Program-made: the position numbers and the translations under genes
Source of the DNA: a virus
Taxonomy: Duplodnaviria; Caudoviricetes
Virus record (IMG/VR): IMGVR_UViG_3300030055_000360
Coordinates: 1 to 59,594 of that record
Reading direction: 5' to 3' (one strand)
DNA length: 59,594 nt
Shown: piece by piece, positions 49,197 to 57,938 of the stretch
Position numbering within the stretch: position 1 is the stretch's first letter
Layout of the letters: every line of letters starts with the position of its first letter
The notes under the pieces: model-generated
Told to the model about the DNA's origin: nothing
What the model saw: only the letters and a program-made list of their open reading frames with translations
The model's database searches: none

Positions 49197-50675
49197 TTAT
49201 TCTGAAAAGTAATTTATTATTTCTTTATATTTTTCTATAGCAATTACGGAATTTTCAGGTTTTTCATACCATATTTTATAGAAACTCCCAATAATGTTTT
49301 CTTTAGACTTAGATACGTCCTTGCTTAATTCTTCAAGCCAATCATGTTTATCGTACCCATCTAACAAATTACTAGTAATTAAATATTCCTCCTCTCTCAT
49401 TGAGAAAGATTCACAAAAATGTTGTTTATTCAAATTAAAGCATTTTTTGAAATCTTCTTCAACATTTCTTATTGGTAAATACCCAAATCCGTGATGAAAT
49501 AATTTTTTGTCCTCCTCCTTTACTATTTTTGTTTTATTACTGGTTTGACTATCATCAAACTCCTTAATATCACCATCAAACAAACCAAATATTTTAAAAC
49601 TTCCTACTCTAGGAAACTTTAACGCTATTTTTATATCTTCATCACTATTAGCAATTGAAATTTCAACTTCATCTAAAAAATAATAATTCATCGTTTTTAG
49701 CCAAATCTTTGTAAAAATGCTTGCTGCTATATCTTCTACTAAAATAATTTTATTTCGATTAATATCCATTCCTAAAGTTTTTGCATAACCTATATATGAA
49801 TCAGGTTGAACTATTTTAACCTGATTAGGTCCCTCCCTTAACAATAGTCTTATTTCCTCATAATTTAACTTCCTTAAAATATATGGTGAATGAGTAGATA
49901 ATATAATTTTTATATTCTTTCCTCCATACTTTCGTTCCAAACTATACTTTGCTAAAAGTTCAATTAAGAAATTTTGAGACTTTGGAGATAAAAAATTTTC
50001 TGGCTCTTCAATAAGTATTATTGAGTTCGATTCTGATTGATCTAATAAATAAAACAAATAGAAAATTGAATGTTCACCAAGCCCCATTGTCATAGAAGTA
50101 TATTCTATTCCTTTATAATTAACAAAGAAAAAAGGAACTGATTCTCCTTCTTCAATTTCGACAAAATAGTATTTTGCCGAATCATAATGTCTACAAACGA
50201 CTTTGGAAATATCATTTAATTCACCACTTGTTAATACTCTTGGATCAATACCATTAATTAAACTTTTAATATTGGTTTCTAGCTCTTTTTCATCTACCTC
50301 ATAAAACTTCAAACACTCTGAAATTTTCTCCTTTACAACACTATATCTATGAACATCATGATAATCTAATTTAAATTCATCTACATATTCATTAAGACTC
50401 TTTTCTTCACTTGCTTTCTTAACCACTATCTCTATGCTATCTCTATTAAATTTAGAATCATTCATCTCATTACTAAAGCTATTAGTTAGCAGCTTCATTA
50501 GTGTTGATTTGCCTGAACCATTGCAACCGCAAAAAGCATTTATTCTTGAAGTATTAAATAAAATCTCCCCCTCCCCTAATGTAGGAATATTAGAATATTT
50601 CATAGATTTAATATCTTTATGGCATTTATTTTCTCTCATTCGCCGGAAATTATCACTTACTTCTGCATGCTTCAT
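49197..50675 (-). CDS. ABC-ATPase/TOPRIM fusion (OLD-like ATP-dependent nuclease)
   Basis: GCNGSGKST; MGLGE signature; LIEEPEN; STHSP; TOPRIM LVED...FDGD. Confidence 0.85.
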   Translation of the reverse strand: MKHAEVSDNFRRMRENKCHKDIKSMKYSNIPTLGEGEILFNTSRINAFCGCNGSGKSTLMKLLTNSFSNEMNDSKFNRDSIEIVVKKASEEKSLNEYVDEFKLDYHDVHRYSVVKEKISECLKFYEVDEKELETNIKSLINGIDPRVLTSGELNDISKVVCRHYDSAKYYFVEIEEGESVPFFFVNYKGIEYTSMTMGLGEHSIFYLFYLLDQSESNSIILIEEPENFLSPKSQNFLIELLAKYSLERKYGGKNIKIILSTHSPYILRKLNYEEIRLLLREGPNQVKIVQPDSYIGYAKTLGMDINRNKIILVEDIAASIFTKIWLKTMNYYFLDEVEISIANSDEDIKIALKFPRVGSFKIFGLFDGDIKEFDDSQTSNKTKIVKEEDKKLFHHGFGYLPIRNVEEDFKKCFNLNKQHFCESFSMREEEYLITSNLLDGYDKHDWLEELSKDVSKSKENIIGSFYKIWYEKPENSVIAIEKYKEIINYFSE

Positions 50676-51868
50676 ATTCTTTCACCCCAATTACCTACAT
50701 ACTCATCTAAAAAATCTCCCCAATTAATATTCCTATCGTTATTTATCAAATAATACAGATCTTCTAACTTATTATCACCTATAGTATTTATTTCTGTAAT
50801 AGAGTCATCAATATAGTTAAAGAACATTATCCAAATAATTAGATCTCTAAAAGCAATATTTTTGGAACTAACTTTTTGTTGACTACATAAAAGGTTAAAC
50901 TCACTTAGTAAACTTGTCCTAACTATTTCATTAAATTGTCCATAAGTATTCATATATATTAGATCAATGTTTAGTTCATTTAACCCTTTTCTTCCATTCT
51001 CGAAATGTTCAATAAATGTAGAAGCTTTAAATTGATTCTCTTCACTTTTACCAAATTCTATAGAAGAAAACTTATAACTGAACAATAACCAGTTTAAAAG
51101 AGTGATTTTTGTAAATTTTACATCAAATTCATGATATCCTAATAGTTTCTGAAATTGGCTTATGGTTCTCTTCACTTTATAAATAGTTTCTTCCTCAAAT
51201 GCAATATTACTATAACGATAACTCAAATATTTATTATCAACATTTACGTTAAATTTATTTTCCTCAATATAAGTACATAACTTTGCACAAATATCTTCAT
51301 ATGCCAATCTATCATTCGAAAAACCTATGACATCTTCTGTAAGTCCTAGTTCTTTAAAGTAATCAACTACCTCACTAACTTGATTTTTTGTTTTGCCGTA
51401 TAAAGCATTCCTTTTCTCTGAAGCGGTTAAAGAAACATTGTCATTTAGTCTATAAAACATTTCACTTATTACTTTATCTCTAGATTCTAGTAAAACAATG
51501 CATTCAATACTAAAGCATAAAAACTTCATTTGAATCTCTCTTTCTAACTCACTGAAGTACTTACCACTAGCTCCTTCAATTTCAAAATCAACTGATCCAA
51601 AGTCAAACTTTACGGGAAACTTTTCATTAACAAACATGTCCAGTGCAAGTAACCTTTGCTGCCCATCTAAAACATCATATCTATTATTTCTTTTAATAAG
51701 ATGTATTGGTGGAACATACCATCCCCTAAAAATAGTATCAATTAATTTCTGCATTTTTTGTTTTGACCAGACTCCATTTCTTTGAAAGTTTGGCTGTAAA
51801 TTAATTTCGTTCATTTTAATCAGATTAGTTAATTCACTCAAACTCATCTCTAATATTTCTTTTCTCAC
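50672..51868 (-). CDS. DUF262 (GmrS/ParB-like) protein
   Basis: LQPNFQR..VW; LIDTI..G..VPP; LDGQQRL; FYRLN...L...EKRNA. Confidence 0.9.
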   Translation of the reverse strand: MRKEILEMSLSELTNLIKMNEINLQPNFQRNGVWSKQKMQKLIDTIFRGWYVPPIHLIKRNNRYDVLDGQQRLLALDMFVNEKFPVKFDFGSVDFEIEGASGKYFSELEREIQMKFLCFSIECIVLLESRDKVISEMFYRLNDNVSLTASEKRNALYGKTKNQVSEVVDYFKELGLTEDVIGFSNDRLAYEDICAKLCTYIEENKFNVNVDNKYLSYRYSNIAFEEETIYKVKRTISQFQKLLGYHEFDVKFTKITLLNWLLFSYKFSSIEFGKSEENQFKASTFIEHFENGRKGLNELNIDLIYMNTYGQFNEIVRTSLLSEFNLLCSQQKVSSKNIAFRDLIIWIMFFNYIDDSITEINTIGDNKLEDLYYLINNDRNINWGDFLDEYVGNWGERI

Positions 51869-52415
51869 ATTTATCCTCCTTTTTTAGCTTGTTAATAAAC
51901 CACTACCTATAGTTATTTCACAATAATATTCTATCTAAATAATATTTAAACTACTTATTTATACTTTTAAAAATGTATAAACATTTTCCTAATAGTATCA
52001 CATTTACCTCCTTATTCTTGACCTTGCTCTGGTTTAAAGGAGTTAAAGTAACTATCCATTCAAAGAATTTAATTAAGCCATTAAAAACATACTAAATAGG
52101 TAAAAGCATTCTAAAATATGGAACTAATAATTAGGCAACGTGTGTGTCACCACATGTACTATAAATCAATATGCTTCAGCCCTTTCATTTCATGATTATT
52201 AAAATTATATCTTGATTAAAATTTATTAATTTTCTCATTATAGACATAATTAATATGCAAATTTTATTTCACTTACAAAATTCACTTTCATTATTTGTCT
52301 CTCATTCAGCATTAAACTTTTATTTAAATATATAATGATTAACAATAATTTTCTTTAATCACTTATTCTACATTGGTATGTTCTTATTGTAACATGATTT
52401 ACCAATTTGTTGTTG

Positions 52416-52461
52416 TAAAATAACAAAAATACCACAAACTCATTTCTGAATAATGTGGTAT
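52416..52461 (-). repeat. 46-bp terminator-like direct repeat, copy 1
   Basis: TAAAATAACAAAAATACCACAAACTCATTTCTGAATAATGTGGTAT; ATACCACA/TGTGGTAT stem. Confidence 0.85.
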
Positions 52462-52535
52462 TTTAAAGTCTAATTTTAAATTTTATTATTATCTACACTG
52501 TTATGGATATTTAAGTTATTATTATATTTTCAATT

Positions 52536-54065
52536 CTACGAATTTGCTTCTTGCCACGTTCTGAACTCCTCATTTTGAGATTCAACTTCTTCACTTGTTA
52601 GCATTGATGGCATACTACTAGGTTTGGAAGTGTCAGAACTCATAATAGATACCTTATGCACCACATAGCCTTTTTGAGTAAGCTCAGTATTTATTTTTTC
52701 ACACCACTCATAAAGATTTATTATAGAATTTAAAATTTCCTCATCTGGCATTTGATAATATGCAGCTAAATACTGTTGTCTTGGAATGCCATTATTCAAA
52801 TAATAATTTCTTAAATCTAAAATTCTATTCATACCACTTATAAAATAACTATCTTCTACAAGATAATGTATATACCTAAAAATTTCTGGATCTAGGTATG
52901 CATTATATCGATCTAATATTTTTTCGCCTTTTTCAATATATTCTTGACCGCTACTATTAAAATAATGCCACCATGTTGTTGGTGGTGATATATTAGGTTG
53001 TCCATTTAAATTTAAATATATACCCATTTTATTAAAGCATTCTATTGAAAATAATTCCTTTATAGTGCTAGGTTCACTTTCCGGAACCGAATAATAATGA
53101 ACATCACTCCAAAAACTCACAATTCTTAATAAAAATATTTGTATCTCTCTATACATAGCTACTTTAACTGGAAGCATTTTTTCTTCTTCTTTTTCTTTTT
53201 CAGCTTTACTGATTGAATTACTCATTCTTACGGATAACGAATTTAAAAACAAACCAACTAAAATTACGCCTAAAATCGCCTCAATTGATATTAAGTTTCT
53301 TGCCACTGTAGTTATTGGAACAATATCTCCATATCCTACAGTTGTTATCGTTACAGCACTTAAGTAAAACATCCTTCCAAAATTATCAAGCTTCCCTAGA
53401 CCTGATGGAAAACCATTTTTAGCATTTTTCAAACTAATAATTTTATTAAATAACTCACTATCCATTGTCATTATTAAATTAGGTGAATCTAATCCATTAA
53501 TGTATTTTGAAGGGAATAATGATTTGTTAATATCATGATTTTTATAATCTAAATCTTCCAACGCCTCATCTTTTCGTTCTTCTGATGTTAATGTAAAGTA
53601 ATAAACCATGCTATTACTATTATTTATATTAAAAATTCCTACTTTATTCTCTAATGGGAACATAAATTTTCTTTTTTCTATACTTTCAACTTGTCCATAT
53701 TTAGAATCATCATTTATTACTAATCCGACTTCAAAACTAATCATATTATTATCTTCATATTTAATTGAATTAACAGAAAGTTTATTACCATCAATACTCA
53801 CTTTCTCATTAACTATTATTTTTTCCCCGTCATATTCTTTCTGACTATTAATAATATTGTTCTTAATTTCATTTAAAATGTCATTTATATCATAATTTAA
53901 CGAGCTTTCATATTGAACCGTGGAATGATAAAAGTTATTTGGTAAAGTAGTATAAATGGTCGCAAAAACAAATATTAAAAGAATATATGTTCCTGCATAA
54001 ATCCATTGCGAAACCACACCCGCACAATTTATTATTTTTTTTAATTTTCCCAAAATATGCTTCAT
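52536..54065 (-). CDS. Potassium channel-like protein (2TM/Ion_trans_2) with large loop insertion and C-terminal soluble domain
   Basis: FYLSAVTITTVGYGDIVP selectivity filter between two TM helices; start at 54065 chosen from the SD. Confidence 0.85.
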   Translation of the reverse strand: MKHILGKLKKIINCAGVVSQWIYAGTYILLIFVFATIYTTLPNNFYHSTVQYESSLNYDINDILNEIKNNIINSQKEYDGEKIIVNEKVSIDGNKLSVNSIKYEDNNMISFEVGLVINDDSKYGQVESIEKRKFMFPLENKVGIFNINNSNSMVYYFTLTSEERKDEALEDLDYKNHDINKSLFPSKYINGLDSPNLIMTMDSELFNKIISLKNAKNGFPSGLGKLDNFGRMFYLSAVTITTVGYGDIVPITTVARNLISIEAILGVILVGLFLNSLSVRMSNSISKAEKEKEEEKMLPVKVAMYREIQIFLLRIVSFWSDVHYYSVPESEPSTIKELFSIECFNKMGIYLNLNGQPNISPPTTWWHYFNSSGQEYIEKGEKILDRYNAYLDPEIFRYIHYLVEDSYFISGMNRILDLRNYYLNNGIPRQQYLAAYYQMPDEEILNSIINLYEWCEKINTELTQKGYVVHKVSIMSSDTSKPSSMPSMLTSEEVESQNEEFRTWQEANS

Positions 54066-54150
54066 ATACTTTAACCCTTTCAATAGAATATCTACATGTG
54101 TAAAAAACGAATATTTTCAATCTCAATTATGTGGCTTTGCTAATTTCTCC

Positions 54151-55743
54151 CTAGAAAACTTCAAATTCCCTTACAACTTGAATTAAATTCAATAAATTAT
54201 CCATATATAAAATATTTTCATCAATAGTATCAGGATGACTATATTGATATTTTTTTTCTCCTTCATATACTTCTTCTATATCAAATAAATCACACATTTC
54301 CATTATTGAGTCTTCAAAGCATATATCGAAATTATTTGCTTTAATCCATTTTTTTTCAGTTTCACTAAATTTTAATGCGTAGAAATCATTTAGTTCTCCA
54401 AAAATTTTTGCTAAATCGAATTTTCTCTTTGACTTATTAAGTAACTTTATATTCGCTCCTAATTCATTTTGTATTTCTGTATCTGTTAATCCTTTGCTAT
54501 TTTTATATATACAAGACATAACTAAATAATAAAGCTGTTCTTCTACTAAATCTTTTTCGATACTTTTTCTTTTCACTTGTTGTTGCTTAAAAATAATAGT
54601 TGGATTTTCTCCTGAAACTTTTCTTGTTAATTCATCTGATCCAATAATTTTAACTAAATTAGAAATTTGTTGTGCATATACACTTTTATTACAATAAAAA
54701 ATTGTTGTAATAGTATTTTCATGCTCTATTAATTCTATTAATATATCTTTATCGGTAACATCAAGTGAATGACCAAATATATATATTTCATTTTTATCTT
54801 TTTCGCAAATCCATTTTTTATAGTCTTTTCCAGTTCTCTTATATATTCTTTGAAAATATTTTTTAAATTCTATAAAATCTAATTCATTACTTTTTCTATC
54901 ATCATCAAGATATTCATCAATACCTAATACCATATTATTTTTTTCTTTTCTTCTATTCATATTAGCTTTCCCATGAATATAATCATATTGCTCCGAATCA
55001 TAATCAAAATTCAAACCATATTTTATTTCATATGTATTAGTGTAATTAAAACTTAAAACTTTATCAAAATAAATTCCTTTTATGTCTGGTGAAATATATC
55101 TTATCTCTATTTTCTTAACACAGTCTTCAAGATATATTTCTAAACATCTTATTAAATTCTTCAAATGTTTATTCAATACTTTTATTATCTGTTTAAGATT
55201 AGTATCTATAAGTTCATATCCATTTATTTCAAACTCACTATAATCTAAAATTTTTTGTACTATTTCTTCTTTATAATCATCTATATTTTCTGGCAGTTGA
55301 TAGTACTTTTCATAATACTTACTAATATTTTTCATATAATCAAAACATTTAATCACATTTGAAATTTCAGATTCTAAATCAATCCAGCCTTCTTTTTCAT
55401 AATTCATGTTTTCAATGAAATATTTAATCCAAATATTATTGCCAGCATATTTAACTAATTCTTTTGAAATCTCTTTTTCCTTCCATTTATTAAAAGAGCT
55501 ATAATTTAATAGTTTTTTATCATAAAAATATTTTTTGACATTATCGTCTACTGCATGTTTTACTTCTACTTCTAAATTTACTTCAAAATAACTTTCACTA
55601 ATATCAAACCTTTCTATTATATTTAAATTATTCTCTAAAAAATTAATACATTGCATAAAATCTAAGAAATCTTTATATTTTGTTGGCAGTCCATGTTCTA
55701 AATCAAATCCATTTCCTATAACTAATATCTTCAAATTTATCAC
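54151..55743 (-). CDS. abiH: AbiH family abortive infection protein with C-terminal extension
   Basis: ILVIGNGFDL.HGLPTKY.DF; W.DLE; SFNYT; IHG; LG.D; KYFQRI; FGHSL..TD. Confidence 0.88.
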   Translation of the reverse strand: MINLKILVIGNGFDLEHGLPTKYKDFLDFMQCINFLENNLNIIERFDISESYFEVNLEVEVKHAVDDNVKKYFYDKKLLNYSSFNKWKEKEISKELVKYAGNNIWIKYFIENMNYEKEGWIDLESEISNVIKCFDYMKNISKYYEKYYQLPENIDDYKEEIVQKILDYSEFEINGYELIDTNLKQIIKVLNKHLKNLIRCLEIYLEDCVKKIEIRYISPDIKGIYFDKVLSFNYTNTYEIKYGLNFDYDSEQYDYIHGKANMNRRKEKNNMVLGIDEYLDDDRKSNELDFIEFKKYFQRIYKRTGKDYKKWICEKDKNEIYIFGHSLDVTDKDILIELIEHENTITTIFYCNKSVYAQQISNLVKIIGSDELTRKVSGENPTIIFKQQQVKRKSIEKDLVEEQLYYLVMSCIYKNSKGLTDTEIQNELGANIKLLNKSKRKFDLAKIFGELNDFYALKFSETEKKWIKANNFDICFEDSIMEMCDLFDIEEVYEGEKKYQYSHPDTIDENILYMDNLLNLIQVVREFEVF

Positions 55744-55785
55744 TTCCCCTAATCGATTCTTATAAAAATTTATTTTGCATAAAAA

Positions 55786-56736
55786 TTAATTTTTATATAT
55801 TTTTAAGTATAATAATTCATAAAATTCTAAAATTGTTAATACTGCAAATTTGGCTATTTTTTCTGATGGAACATGACCATGCATTGAAAAATTTCTTATA
55901 GGAGCATGAATTGAATTAATTAACTCAACAAAATCTTTTTCAAAATAATTATTAGTGTTAATTTCATTTATAATTTGTCCTAAATCTCTACTCTTTAATA
56001 ATTGAATATTCTTTAATGCAAAATAATCCCTTAGTAAGCCTTCTACTGTCGGTGCTAGTATCTTATATATATTTGAATAAGTTAGTGATGTTGGAGATTT
56101 TAGAATAACATCAAAACAATTTTTAATATCATTATAATGACGTTTAAATAAATCTTGTTTTATTTTAAATAAAAGAGTTTCAATCTTGTATGACATTTCT
56201 GAAAAATTAGTTCCATAATTAATTACTGCATTTAACATATAAGACAACTTTTCAAACAATGGCTTAGAAATTTTCAAATTTTCTATCTTATAACCTCTTT
56301 CTCTTATAAAAAAATCGGTTAAAACAAATTCCTCATCTATAGCTTTTATATAAAAAACATATGTCAGCTGTTCATTAATTCTAAGTATTTCTTTTATAGG
56401 CATTTCACCAATATTACGCTGTTTCTTTCCTCGTAAATATAGTTTTTTTATATCAAACATTAACCAACGTAAATCTTTATCTTTCACTATAGTTCTGTCA
56501 TTCAAAAACATTTTTTTTAGTATTAAATAAAGAAACATCTCCTCACTTAATATAACATCCTTTTTAACTAATCGCTTATCAAAAAGTTTAGAATTATAAT
56601 TATTAAATGAACTTTTTTCTACTATATATTCATATAAATCAAAATATACATGTGTATCATATTGTTTGATTGAAGCAAATAAATAATAAGCATATTTATT
56701 ATTTATAGCATCATAATAGGCATCATATTTAGCCAT
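55786..56736 (-). CDS. Protein with C-terminal HEPN-like (DUF4145-like) domain
   Basis: VEGLLR...LG.II......IRNFSMHG (Rx4H). Confidence 0.65.
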   Translation of the reverse strand: MAKYDAYYDAINNKYAYYLFASIKQYDTHVYFDLYEYIVEKSSFNNYNSKLFDKRLVKKDVILSEEMFLYLILKKMFLNDRTIVKDKDLRWLMFDIKKLYLRGKKQRNIGEMPIKEILRINEQLTYVFYIKAIDEEFVLTDFFIRERGYKIENLKISKPLFEKLSYMLNAVINYGTNFSEMSYKIETLLFKIKQDLFKRHYNDIKNCFDVILKSPTSLTYSNIYKILAPTVEGLLRDYFALKNIQLLKSRDLGQIINEINTNNYFEKDFVELINSIHAPIRNFSMHGHVPSEKIAKFAVLTILEFYELLYLKIYKN

Positions 56737-56836
56737 ATACTCTTTCTCCTTACTATAAGTAATTTAAATAATATATTTGTAATTTATAATCTTTAAAACC
56801 TTTCTTAATTATACCTCAATTCCCTAAAAATAACTA

Positions 56837-56883
56837 TAAAATAACAAAAATACCACAAATTCATTTACAGAATAATGTGGTAT
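56837..56883 (-). repeat. 47-bp terminator-like direct repeat, copy 2
   Basis: Differs from copy 1 by two substitutions and one indel. Confidence 0.85.
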
Positions 56884-56907
56884 CTTTGATTTTTACTACA
56901 GATTATC

Positions 56908-57810
56908 TTATTGAAAAATACATTTAGCTTCCATTAAATCATTTACTATATTAGTAACACCATCTGCGCCAAAATTTACTTCTGGTACAAAATATCTTGG
57001 AACATTGTCTTTGAATGTATCTACCAAATTATCTAAAAATAATTCTTTATCTTTGCTATTTTCGAACAAATCATTTAAATCTCCATAATGAGTTCTATTA
57101 TTCCTTCTTCCCCATAGATGTATTCCCATTATATTATGTCGTATTTTTTTTATATCTTCAAATGCATCTTTCATTATTTCCATTTTGTCTCTATTTTTAT
57201 TTTCTTCTTGTTCTTCCTCTACTTTAAATAGTTGTGGTATATCTAGTGTAATTTTTAAAGATAGCTTCTTTTTATCTAATATCTCTGATAGTTCCACTAT
57301 TTGTTTTACAGTAGATACTAGAAATTTGCTATCTTTATTTTTTAATGCCGTAGTATTATAGTTAGAGTCATTTCTATTTTCAATAAGAATAATAGTATCC
57401 GGAAAATATAACTTAATTATTTTTTCAAAAACTTCGTAGTTTTGTATAAAATCACTCATATCATCGCAATAATCGCGAAATGGAGGATGTATCTCTATGA
57501 TTTTGGGCTGTTTTTTTTGTGTAAGTTTTATAATAAAATATGCAAATTCAGATGCCCACCTATCTGAAAACCATAATTGTGGTATTCCTTTTATATTGGC
57601 TTTAGATATTTCACCATCGCTTTCAATTATAGGTAAATCTAATCTTCGCTTTCCAAAACTATACTCAGTATGCAAACTATAATTTTTATCTTTGATATTT
57701 AAACTTGTTATATCAAAGTGTCCAGCAACCTCCTTAATACTTGGTGTAATACCGTTTGGATAAGATTTCCCTCTATATTCAATAGGAATTAGTATCATTT
57801 TATTATCCAC
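56908..57810 (-). CDS. TIM-barrel metalloenzyme (xylose isomerase/AP endonuclease 2-like)
   Basis: SLH, IEIHPP, LIENR, LDIPQ, GIHLWG, HYGD, PEV spacing of the AP_endonuc_2 fold; GTG start chosen from the SD. Confidence 0.6.
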   Translation of the reverse strand: MDNKMILIPIEYRGKSYPNGITPSIKEVAGHFDITSLNIKDKNYSLHTEYSFGKRRLDLPIIESDGEISKANIKGIPQLWFSDRWASEFAYFIIKLTQKKQPKIIEIHPPFRDYCDDMSDFIQNYEVFEKIIKLYFPDTIILIENRNDSNYNTTALKNKDSKFLVSTVKQIVELSEILDKKKLSLKITLDIPQLFKVEEEQEENKNRDKMEIMKDAFEDIKKIRHNIMGIHLWGRRNNRTHYGDLNDLFENSKDKELFLDNLVDTFKDNVPRYFVPEVNFGADGVTNIVNDLMEAKCIFQ

Positions 57811-57845
57811 ATATATCAATCCTTTCTAGACATATTTATATTATC

Positions 57846-57890
57846 ATTATATGAAACATGTGTTCGATTTTCAAGTTTTTATGCTATAAT
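57846..57890. promoter_or_regulatory. Divergent promoters with a LexA (Cheo) box at 57853-57866
   Basis: Minus strand CGAACACATGTTTC fits CGAACRNRYGTTYC and lies in the spacer of TTGAAA-17-TATAAT; + strand TGcTATAAT at 57882-57890. Confidence 0.7.
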
Positions 57891-57938
57891 ATTCCTAATA
57901 ACTATAAAAACAAACAATATATTCTTAGGAGTGATGAT

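Noticed and set aside
48704-52535. Retron (ATPase-TOPRIM effector with msr-msd in the flanking intergenic gaps)
   Set aside because: No RT ORF (no YADD-type motif) and no convincing long a1/a2 inverted repeats were seen.
57858-57938. N-terminal 27 codons of the integrase ORF as given in the track
   Set aside because: They overlap the promoter and LexA box; the SD and the family N-terminus indicate a start at 57939.
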